From positions 1 to 53,201 of the IMG/VR virus record IMGVR_UViG_3300044797_000084: a stretch of DNA of 53,201 nt. The stretch is one strand, 5' to 3'. The notes below the pieces were generated by a model that was given only the letters and a program-made list of their open reading frames with translations, had not been told where the DNA came from and did no database searches. The position numbers and the translations under genes are program-made. Shown piece by piece: positions 8,912-16,155 of this stretch. Each line of letters starts with the position of its first letter. The first letter of the stretch is position 1. Origin of the DNA: a virus. Taxonomy: Duplodnaviria; Caudoviricetes.

Positions 8912-9408
8912 GAGAACGCCCCGAAGATGCCCGGCAGACGCACGGCCACAAACTCGCCGTCCTGGTCGAGCGTCCAGCGCCCCCCGCAGTCGCACGCGTG
9001 AGGTCCGTGGTGGCCATATGGCAACGCACAGACGCAGCTTGCCTCCCGCTCGTCGCAGACGACAACGGCTTGCCCTTGCCGCGGAGGCCGAGCCCCCGAA
9101 CCTCCAGGGGCATCCCGCGGCTGGCTGGGCGCGACCGTACCCTCAGAGCGGTCTACACCAGCGGGCGCGATTACGGCGCTCCCGGCGGCTCGCGCCTCGG
9201 CTATAGGTAGGGTGTGCGCGGGCGACTCGGCCCGGGTCCGGTAGCTAGGGGAAGCCACCGGGATTGGGGGCTGGGCGTCAGCATCGCCCGCGCAGTCTGG
9301 TGTGCTCGGCTCGCCGTAGACGTCAGCATCGCTCCAACCGTCCCGAAGTGCGTCAGTGAGGCTGACTGGCCCGTCGTGGTCTTGGAGCGGGGGGCACGGG
9401 TCGGGCAT
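8908..9408 (-). CDS. Hypothetical protein with Cys/His motif
   Basis: GGAGG RBS; C.C.LP.GH.GPH.C.CG. Confidence 0.55.
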   Translation of the reverse strand: MPDPCPPLQDHDGPVSLTDALRDGWSDADVYGEPSTPDCAGDADAQPPIPVASPSYRTRAESPAHTLPIAEARAAGSAVIAPAGVDRSEGTVAPSQPRDAPGGSGARPPRQGQAVVVCDEREASCVCALPYGHHGPHACDCGGRWTLDQDGEFVAVRLPGIFGAFS

Positions 9409-9410
9409 GC

Positions 9411-9626
9411 TCACCAGCCCTCCGGTAGGCAACCCTGGCTCAACGCCTCACATGCAGTCACCAGTTCGGTCCCAGTGACACGCTTGAGGCGGCTCGTGGC
9501 GTGGCCATCCGCTTTGCTCGCCAGACGCACCTTCTCGGCTACCGCGCGCTGGCGGAACGACAGGATCTGACGAGGGTAGCTGCGCGAGCCGACCCGGAAT
9601 GCATAGACCTTGACGGGCGCACTCAC
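9411..9626 (-). CDS. Hypothetical protein
   Basis: Coupled ORF with GAGG RBS. Confidence 0.55.
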   Translation of the reverse strand: MSAPVKVYAFRVGSRSYPRQILSFRQRAVAEKVRLASKADGHATSRLKRVTGTELVTACEALSQGCLPEGW

Positions 9627-9718
9627 TCGTCCTCACGTCCCTTCGCGGCACGAGCGAGAGCGAACGCGAACAGCACGGCCAGCAAGAGGACGCAGCCGAT
9701 GACGAGCAACACGATCAC
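9623..9718 (-). CDS. 31-aa single-TM peptide (VIVLLVIGCVLLLAVLFAFALARAAKGREDE)
   Basis: GTGA overlaps at both ends; hydrophobic helix. Confidence 0.6.
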   Translation of the reverse strand: MIVLLVIGCVLLLAVLFAFALARAAKGREDE

Positions 9719-9993
9719 GCTGCCTCGATCGCGCGGTCGAAGGCGGCGAGGACCTCGGCTTGTGAGTGGGTGTCGTTGAACGCCCCAATCGAGCCTTTCC
9801 CGACGGCCTCGTAAAGCAAGTCGTAGGCTTGATCGTAGAGGCCACTACCGGGCTCCTGGGCATGCGCGAGGGCCGTAAGCGCGCACTCCTGCGGGTGGAA
9901 GGGCTGGTGGTTCACCCAGACTGCCGGGTCTGCGCACGTGCGCCGTGCAGCTTCAAGTACCGCCTTGGCGTCTGGTGTGGCTGGCGCGCTCAT
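9715..9993 (-). CDS. DUF6197-like protein
   Basis: W...CAL.AL...I.AFND.....VLAAFDRAI. Confidence 0.65.
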   Translation of the reverse strand: MSAPATPDAKAVLEAARRTCADPAVWVNHQPFHPQECALTALAHAQEPGSGLYDQAYDLLYEAVGKGSIGAFNDTHSQAEVLAAFDRAIEAA

Positions 9994-10103
9994 GCCTCGC
10001 GCTCCAACTCCATCTCGGCCTGAACCACCAGCGAAGCAACGCACGTGAAGTACAGCTCGCGCAGCGTCGCCAGCAGCATCCGGCGTGCCTCGTCTCGGCT
10101 CAT
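9990..10103 (-). CDS. 37-aa hypothetical protein
   Basis: ATGA overlaps at both ends. Confidence 0.5.
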   Translation of the reverse strand: MSRDEARRMLLATLRELYFTCVASLVVQAEMELEREA

Positions 10104-10324
10104 GCCTTCCCCTCCGGCGGCCAGAGGGACTTCATGCTGACCTTGAGCACCCTGGCGATTGTCTTGCGGTAGCGGACCGGCACTTTTCGGCTGCCGCACT
10201 TCCACTGCGAGACCAAGCTCTGACTCACGTTGCACGCGTCGGCGACCCGCCTGCCGTCGCCGGCCTCATACATCGCTTCCGCAAGCGGCGAGCGGCGAGT
10301 CGTCCGGGAGCGGCGGCGCGTCAT
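10100..10324 (-). CDS. Cro-like XRE HTH regulator
   Basis: VADACNVSQSLVSQWKCGSRKVP...IARVL.V. Confidence 0.85.
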   Translation of the reverse strand: MTRRRSRTTRRSPLAEAMYEAGDGRRVADACNVSQSLVSQWKCGSRKVPVRYRKTIARVLKVSMKSLWPPEGKA

Positions 10325-10950
10325 CGTTCGGCCCTCCGCTCGGCGACCTCGACGATCGCTTGAGCGAGTGCGACGTGCCCGGCGTCATGCTCGTAGATGT
10401 CGCGGTGGTCGAGGAATCCGGCGGCCACGCGGACCTGCTCGGCGGTAGGCCACCACGCGCGCCACTGGTCCTTACGGCCGCCAGGATCTTCGCCCGCTCG
10501 TGCTCGCTCCGTGCGTAGCTGGGCCTCGTCCAGGGCTTCGTCGCGGTCGGCGAACAGGTCCTCGACGTAATGGACGCTGCCGCTGCCCACGCCCGTTGAC
10601 CAGCACATGTAGTCCTCCGCGTCCGCGCCGCCTACGCGCTCGGCTCGCGCCGGGTTCATGTTGTCCGCGCGCTCGCCGTTGTCGGCTCCGTGATCGACCA
10701 CGCGCATCTGGATCATGCCGATCTGCAGGGGCGCGGACTCAACGCGCCACTCGGGCCATGTGCCGAGCGTCACGGTAGCGTTGACGCCGCACTCGGGGCA
10801 CTTCACCGAAAGCGCCTCCCCGTTCGCGGCCTGCGTAGCGAGATGTCCGCGCCCACGGCAGAAACGGCACGGCAGGTTGATCGCCTCCCTGGTCGCGGAG
10901 ACCTTCCAGACCCGATCGCCAAGGCTGAACTTGCTCGTGAGCGTGGCCAT
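10321..10950 (-). CDS. First early gene; DnaJ-type CxxCxGxG Zn-finger protein
   Basis: KFSLGDRVW...CRFCRGRG...CPECG. Confidence 0.7.
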   Translation of the reverse strand: MATLTSKFSLGDRVWKVSATREAINLPCRFCRGRGHLATQAANGEALSVKCPECGVNATVTLGTWPEWRVESAPLQIGMIQMRVVDHGADNGERADNMNPARAERVGGADAEDYMCWSTGVGSGSVHYVEDLFADRDEALDEAQLRTERARAGEDPGGRKDQWRAWWPTAEQVRVAAGFLDHRDIYEHDAGHVALAQAIVEVAERRAER

Positions 10951-10956
10951 GGCCTA

Positions 10957-11010
10957 ACCCTACCGGCCACGTCGGCGCCACGTCAAGACTTTTACGTTAA
11001 GACTTTCACG
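10957..11010 (-). promoter_or_regulatory. Leaderless early promoter with tandem operator-like repeats
   Basis: TTGACG-18-TAGGGT-6nt-ATG; ACGTYAAGACTTT x2 at a 14-bp period over the -35. Confidence 0.75.
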
Positions 11011-11165
11011 CTATTTGCGGAGTCCTTCGCCCCGACAGCCTCAAGGAACCATGTGCCCCCCGTCGATACCCAGCACATGAGGTTTGCTGAGACGATGATG
11101 CGCAACGGTCAGGTCACGGCCGAGCTACTGCTGGTGTTGCGGGCTGCGGAGGAACGCGTCGAACG

Positions 11166-11318
11166 CTATTCGACTTTGACGCCCGGCTTCTTGCCCGATG
11201 CCAAGAAACGCCCATCCGGCGGATAGTGCAGCTTGCCCTCACAGTCGGTGCGGTTCGGCCTAGTGACGCCTTCGCGGCGTAGGCATTCGTAGCAGTCGCA
11301 GGGCTTGTCGGTCGGCAT
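11166..11318 (-). CDS. 50-aa Cys-rich protein (MPTDKPCDCYECL...)
   Basis: TAGCTT 7 nt before the ATG (leaderless). Confidence 0.5.
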   Translation of the reverse strand: MPTDKPCDCYECLRREGVTRPNRTDCEGKLHYPPDGRFLASGKKPGVKVE

Positions 11319-11428
11319 CGCCGAGAAGCTACCAGAACCGACGAACGCCCCGCCTCAGCCCCGAACGGGGGGCCAATGCGGACCGAAGAGGGTCAGTCGG
11401 GATCTTACGCCCGCGTGCTCCTGAACGA

Positions 11429-11467
11429 CGAAAGCCCTGCCCAGCGCATGGCCAGACAGGGCTTTCG
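11429..11467 (-). terminator. Intrinsic terminator ending the late/tRNA transcript
   Basis: CGAAAGCCCTG...CAGGGCTTTCG. Confidence 0.65.
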
Positions 11468-11543
11468 AGCGTGAATGGGGCCGGGGTCTTGAAGCGTTTA
11501 GACCGACCACATCATCGGCGTTGGTAACGCGGACGCCGCCCCG

Positions 11544-11771
11544 CTAGATCCGTTCGGACCCCCTTGGCATGTGGGGAAGCCAGTGGGCGACATCGACCGG
11601 CGCGTGGAGCAGCCGACATGCTGGCGCGGGCGCGAGCGGCTGCGCGGGCGGCTCCCACATCCACGGCGGCACGATCCGGCACATGATCTGCTTGACCTCG
11701 CGCTGCGTGCGGATCACCCAATGCAGGGCTTCGTCGAACGCCGGATATGACCACAGAGACAGCGGAGCCAT
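11544..11771 (-). CDS. 75-aa hypothetical protein downstream of the tRNA
   Basis: GGGGAGGTGA RBS directly after the tRNA CCA. Confidence 0.5.
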   Translation of the reverse strand: MAPLSLWSYPAFDEALHWVIRTQREVKQIMCRIVPPWMWEPPAQPLAPAPACRLLHAPVDVAHWLPHMPRGSERI

Positions 11772-11788
11772 GCTCACCTCCCCGATTC

Positions 11789-11892
11789 TGGCATGCGCCC
11801 GACGTGAATCGAACACGCGACCTGCGGCTTGAAAGACCGCTGCTCTTCCCGCACCCCGAAGGTTACGGTTAACCACTGAGCTACGAGCGCAT
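11789..11892 (-). tRNA. Atypical tRNA, anticodon UUC (Glu by anticodon), with a D-loop hairpin insertion
   Basis: GCGCTCG/CGGGCGC acceptor, TA-GCTC/GAGC D stem, GCGGT-CTTTCAA-GCCGC anticodon arm, AGGTC, GCGTG-TTCGATT-CACGT T arm, ...ATGCCA. Confidence 0.85.
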
Positions 11893-11905
11893 CTGCGATC
11901 CTACC

Positions 11906-12664
11906 TCACGCCTCTACATAGACCCCGGCTTCTCCGCCTTCGGAAAGCAACTGAGCGAAGGTGGCGACAGGCATCCAGACAACCGAAGTCTCAGCCGAGG
12001 GATAGGCCAAGCCCCAGGAGTTCTCGAACGGGATCGCTGAGGCAGCGGGGCGCGCGAGTGCGGCCAGCACTTCCTCGACCGTGGTGGCCCACCGGATCGC
12101 TTTGATGCCATCGATGAGCGATGGTGCGGCGTCGCCGACATCTCGGGTGCAGACCTGCTCGCCGGCCTGGAGCCGGTGGCCTTTGGTGAGCAGCACGTCA
12201 GCACCAGCCTTGACGCTCGCGCCTTCGCCCGACGGGTAGGTGCCTTCGAGGATGCGCGCCTGGTCGTAAAGCCAGAACGCGTCGAAGAACTCGTCTTCGC
12301 CGTCGGGCTTCGCGGCCTTGTGGATCGTGATGGCTCGGCTGTTGCCGAACCCGACGCACGCGCCTTCCTGGCCCTGGTTGTAGAAGACCTGCGCTGGGCG
12401 TCTGTCGAGCACAACCGATCCGTTCGGCTCAAAGCAAAAGCAGTGGCCTCCCCGGATCGAGCCGAGCGGTTCGCCCTTCGCTACATCGGGCAGGTGGAAG
12501 CTGCCGTCGATCGCTTTGGGCGTATCGAAGCTGGTGAACCAGTTGAAGCCGACCACCACGGGCACACCCGTCGGTGCCCCACCTGGCGTCGCCGCGAGGG
12601 GCATCGCATCTATGTGCGGTTTGTCCTTGGGGATGATGCAGCCGAGAGAACCGCTCATGCTCAC
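11906..12664 (-). CDS. Papain-like (C1A) cysteine peptidase with rearranged motif order
   Basis: NQGQEGACVGF, GGHC and NSWG motifs; adjacent to the holin. Confidence 0.8.
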   Translation of the reverse strand: MSMSGSLGCIIPKDKPHIDAMPLAATPGGAPTGVPVVVGFNWFTSFDTPKAIDGSFHLPDVAKGEPLGSIRGGHCFCFEPNGSVVLDRRPAQVFYNQGQEGACVGFGNSRAITIHKAAKPDGEDEFFDAFWLYDQARILEGTYPSGEGASVKAGADVLLTKGHRLQAGEQVCTRDVGDAAPSLIDGIKAIRWATTVEEVLAALARPAASAIPFENSWGLAYPSAETSVVWMPVATFAQLLSEGGEAGVYVEA

Positions 12665-12975
12665 ACTCCTGCTTTCGGCGCATTAGAGCCACCGCCGAGT
12701 TTCTCTGCGATACCCGACGGTTTCCACACCAACAGGTGGGCACCGAAGGCAGCGACGATCGCGCTCAACACGAGCTGGAGCGTCGCGTCGTTCAGCCCGA
12801 AGATGCTCGTTTCGATCGCCGTATAGAGCGCCGCTACGACCGCGGCGACGATGGCGAGCACGAGCGCCTTGACGGGTTCCGTAACCCACGGGGCAAAGTG
12901 ATTAATTATGTAAGTCGCTAGCGGCACCAGCGCGCCGAGTAGTACGACCCAAACCTGTGGAGATCCCAATAGCAT
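12661..12975 (-). CDS. Holin-like membrane protein (3 TM)
   Basis: Three hydrophobic helices, basic C-terminus. Confidence 0.75.
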   Translation of the reverse strand: MLLGSPQVWVVLLGALVPLATYIINHFAPWVTEPVKALVLAIVAAVVAALYTAIETSIFGLNDATLQLVLSAIVAAFGAHLLVWKPSGIAEKLGGGSNAPKAGV

Positions 12976-12976
12976 A

Positions 12977-13408
12977 TTATTCTCGTTCCGTTTTTTGTTG
13001 GTGGTTGTCGCGGGCTCTGCGGCGATTGCAGGCCCGACATAGCCGCGTTCCCCGCTTGGTGATATGCGTATTCAGCAGGTCAAACGCGTGCCCGTACTTG
13101 CAATGTGTCTGTCGCGAGTGTTTCGCAGAGGTGCCCTCTCCGCGCAGCACATTCTCGCCGCGCGTCACCGGCTCCATGTGCGCTGGATTCACACAGGCGC
13201 GCACACGACAAAGATGGTCTATCGATAAGTCGCCGATAGGGCCGACTATCCGTTCATAGGCAAACCTATGCGCCTTTGTTGGCTTGAATTGCCCGTAACC
13301 GTCAGCATCAAGGCTTGCCGTCCAGAGCCAGCACGGTCCCAACTCGGGGCGGTGCTCAGGGACGGGACCGTCCTTGTTGACCTTCGCCCAAAAGCGCTCG
13401 GCTGGATC
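12977..13408 (-). pseudogene. HNH homing endonuclease, apparently lacking its native start
   Basis: ERFWAKV..GPCWLW..GYGQF..AHRFAYE..IDHLCRVRACVNPAHME..THCKYGH..CRAC; no in-frame start before ERFW. Confidence 0.7.
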
Positions 13409-13440
13409 GCGGGCCGCAACGCAAGAAAGTGCTCGCCCTG

Positions 13441-13593
13441 ATGGAGCTGGGGATCGTGTTCAAGACTCGTGCCCGTGACGGCAAGACGGCAACGGTTTCG
13501 GCTGTCAAGTGTGACCGCTGCAAAAGGAAGTGTCTGCGGACTCACCCCGACATGTCGAAGGCCGATGACCTCGACAACCTGGATCAGTTCTAA
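13441..13593 (+). pseudogene. DUF3892-like protein, probably 5'-truncated
   Basis: G..FKT...LRTHPD....DDLDNL C-terminal signature. Confidence 0.45.
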
Positions 13594-13865
13594 TCCTTGA
13601 AGTACACGACACGCTGAGGTTCTATGCGCCGGGGTATCGGGTACAAGGGGAGCGGAGTATCCGAGGTCGGATGCGCCTGATGCCCGAGCGCGATGGCAAT
13701 TGCGTGAGCGACGAACGGGACGACGGACTCAGCCCTTCTGGCCGTTAGGGCCATACCGAAGCGGTTGTCGAGCAGCAGCGCCACCTTCTTGTCGTATGTG
13801 TGAGCGCGCATGAACGGCACGGTGTAGCCCGATACGACCACGTCATGCCATGAGACGGAGTCCAT
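13590..13865 (-). CDS. Hypothetical protein
   Basis: 91-aa protein-like ORF. Confidence 0.6.
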   Translation of the reverse strand: MDSVSWHDVVVSGYTVPFMRAHTYDKKVALLLDNRFGMALTARRAESVVPFVAHAIAIALGHQAHPTSDTPLPLYPIPRRIEPQRVVYFKD

Positions 13866-13960
13866 CTACGCCGCCACGGCAGCCATCGCGGGACGATTCA
13901 ACGCTGATGTCAGTTGCGCGAGGAAGATCATGGCGACGCGCCTTATGGCAGTATCCGTGC

Positions 13961-14260
13961 GTGGCACCGGAGCCGGAGGAACCCGAGGCGAAGCTCGACG
14001 GGAAAGGGCTCGGCCAAGAGCGGCCCGAAGTTCACCCGCTCGCCTCCGACCAAGACATCCGTGCCCAGCTCGACCGGGCGGGAGCGAGTTGGAAGTGCCC
14101 CGTCTGTGAACACAGCGCGTGGAGCATCGCGGTGCATCCCTTCGCGCTTGCCCCGATCAGGGGCGGCGTGGTCGTCTCTCACGAGGGGTCGCCGGTTCGC
14201 GCCCTCGTCTGCGACAACTGCCGATTCGTCCGCCTGCACGCGATCGACACCCTGATCTAG
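13961..14260 (+). CDS. Zn-ribbon protein (CPxC...CxxC), paralog A
   Basis: CPVCEHSAW...LVCDNCRFVRLHA; same promoter and start as 25345. Confidence 0.7.
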   Translation: MAPEPEEPEAKLDGKGLGQERPEVHPLASDQDIRAQLDRAGASWKCPVCEHSAWSIAVHPFALAPIRGGVVVSHEGSPVRALVCDNCRFVRLHAIDTLI

Positions 14261-14363
14261 CATGGCTCCCTCCTTGGGGTAGCGTTGGCCTGAAAGTGAG
14301 GTACAGCCGATGCAAGCACCCCGAGATGGATCGTGGAGAACCGGGTCGGGACGAGGCGTTTCC

Positions 14364-14531
14364 TCATTGCTTCGCCTCCTGTGGTTGGTGCCTTCGACAG
14401 TAGCCCGTCGGCGCCATTTCGTGGCGCCAGCATCGGCGGGCGTTGCATGACCAATGTACCCTCAGCCCGAGCAGCCCGAGGACACAGGCCAGCACCTCGA
14501 CGGCTTCGCCCCATGATGAGACGAGTCTCAT
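14364..14531 (-). CDS. 55-aa TM plus Cys/His protein
   Basis: TM followed by C...C...C..H; resembles the C-terminus of 15036-15368; coupled. Confidence 0.5.
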   Translation of the reverse strand: MRLVSSWGEAVEVLACVLGLLGLRVHWSCNARRCWRHEMAPTGYCRRHQPQEAKQ

Positions 14532-14610
14532 GGCCGGTCGATGCCTTGACGCTGCTCTGCTTCGGGCATCGCAAGCTCGGGAAGCAGCAGAAACCGAGCG
14601 CCCGGCCGTC

Positions 14611-15039
14611 TCATGCCAAGGCCAGCGTCACGCCGAGCGCCCCGCACACGCAGACGACGAACCCGCCGTAGGTCTTGGCCACGCTCGCCCAGCCTGTCTC
14701 GGGGCGCAGTCGGGCGATCACACCGCACAGCACGAGCGCCACGGCGACACAGCCGAGGATCGGCACGGTGCCAGCACCGGCAAGTAGGGGAAGCGCGGGC
14801 GCGATCGAGCAGGCCAGGGTGGACAGGCCCATCGCGACCGCCGGACGCAGCTTCGCTCCGCTGTCGCTGAGCCACTCGCCGGTGCTCATGCTCAACGCGG
14901 CGCCGAGTGCTCCAGTCAGCGCGCCCGCGAGCGCTGTCGCGGCGCCGTGCTCGATCGCAAGGTAGAGCACCAGGCCCATCAGGGAGCACAGGCCGTCAAA
15001 ACCGCCGAAAACCGCTTGCTGGCGGTCGTCGGGCGTCAT
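14611..15039 (-). CDS. Minimal VIT1/CCC1-family metal transporter-like protein
   Basis: AVFGGFDG, ALSMSTGEWLS and P.LP motifs; ~5 TM. Confidence 0.85.
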   Translation of the reverse strand: MTPDDRQQAVFGGFDGLCSLMGLVLYLAIEHGAATALAGALTGALGAALSMSTGEWLSDSGAKLRPAVAMGLSTLACSIAPALPLLAGAGTVPILGCVAVALVLCGVIARLRPETGWASVAKTYGGFVVCVCGALGVTLALA

Positions 15040-15368
15040 GTCGACTCGCCGTGCGCGAGCCGGTCCGCGTGCTTACGCCTGTGGCGAAGCTGGAGCTTGC
15101 GGTGGTGCTTGACGGTGTGGTGGAAGTGGCAGACGCTCGCGGTGGTCCCGTCCACCTTGTGGTGTGCCCACATCGGGCACCACCAGCAGCCCTTGCAGTT
15201 GTGCTGCTTGTAGATCGCGAACGCGCCGGCGAGCAGCGTGACCTCGCTGATGTCCGAGGCGATCCCTGACCACCAGTTATAGGACCGGCACCGGGCGACT
15301 TCGTGGGCGGTGCCCGCGCACTGGCCGAGCGGGTGCCAGAACATCGACAGGAAGGCCAGGTGGATCAT
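15036..15368 (-). CDS. Membrane protein with Cys/His-rich C-terminus
   Basis: YNWWSGIASD, TM, HNC..C...C..HH. Confidence 0.7.
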   Translation of the reverse strand: MIHLAFLSMFWHPLGQCAGTAHEVARCRSYNWWSGIASDISEVTLLAGAFAIYKQHNCKGCWWCPMWAHHKVDGTTASVCHFHHTVKHHRKLQLRHRRKHADRLAHGEST

Positions 15369-15718
15369 GGCCGCGTCTGCTCGGCGACCCGTCGCTTGCA
15401 GTTGTAGGTCGGCGCGATGACCTCTGCGAATTCGTCAAGCGCCTGGCGCTGGGCGAGAACGCGCGCGCGCGTCAGCTGTCCCGCGGGGTTCCGGGCGATC
15501 AGGCGCTCGAGTCCGATGACCGCCTGGGCGTGACGTTCGTTGCCTTCGCGGCAGCTGCGCATGCTCGACGACACCCGCGACTGCTGGACTTCTGAAATGC
15601 GGTCGCCGTTCTCGACGAGCACCCAGACGGACAGCGCGATGATGGCTCCGACGAGGCCTCCGAGAACGATGGCGAGCGCGAGCCGCTCCCTGTGGTGCAG
15701 GCGTTTTATTGGCGTCAT
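15365..15718 (-). CDS. Single-TM lysis-region protein
   Basis: N-terminal TM, Cys pair, coiled coil. Confidence 0.7.
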   Translation of the reverse strand: MTPIKRLHHRERLALAIVLGGLVGAIIALSVWVLVENGDRISEVQQSRVSSSMRSCREGNERHAQAVIGLERLIARNPAGQLTRARVLAQRQALDEFAEVIAPTYNCKRRVAEQTRP

Positions 15719-16017
15719 GGGTGCACCCCCGCGAGCACCCCGACGATTGCGCCGACACTTCCCGTCGCGATCCCCGAGATGACCCCGACGATGATCAGCT
15801 TGTTGCGCTCCCTGCGCTCCTGGTGGGGGTGACCGCCGACCGCTTCGAGGTCTCTGTTGACATCGTCGAACTGGGTACGCAGGCCTTTGATCTGCTCAGC
15901 GAGCACGCCCACGTTTCCGAGGGTCTCGTGCAGCCTGCCGACCGATGCCCTCAGCTCACGGACCTCTACTTGGAGATCGTCGAGGCGCCCGTCGTTCCAG
16001 CGCTCAAGTGCGGTCAC
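15715..16017 (-). CDS. Coiled-coil plus C-terminal TM protein (holin accessory-like)
   Basis: Heptad pattern then TM; AGGAAGG RBS. Confidence 0.65.
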   Translation of the reverse strand: MTALERWNDGRLDDLQVEVRELRASVGRLHETLGNVGVLAEQIKGLRTQFDDVNRDLEAVGGHPHQERRERNKLIIVGVISGIATGSVGAIVGVLAGVHP

Positions 16018-16155
16018 GGTGGGCACCTTCCTGTGGGTTGTAGGATCGGGGCTGCGCGGCGAGCGGAGGACCACCGTACTTACCCAGAATGCGGGGCTGC
16101 CTCACGGTGGGAAACGACCAGGCAGGCGCCGCGCCCCCGATTAGACTCTTGGCCG

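Noticed and set aside
11789-11830. attL/attR at the tRNA 3' end
   Set aside because: Phage genes continue on both sides, with no duplicated 3' fragment or integrase seen
11789-11892. tRNA-Sec or opal suppressor (TCA within the loop, long acceptor stem)
   Set aside because: The 7-nt loop CTTTCAA centres on TTC, and the extra hairpin is in the D-loop rather than the variable arm
15709-16155. N-terminal extension of the AAA ATPase shown in the ORF track
   Set aside because: It overlaps the antisense lysis gene, and a -10 box supports the start at 16156
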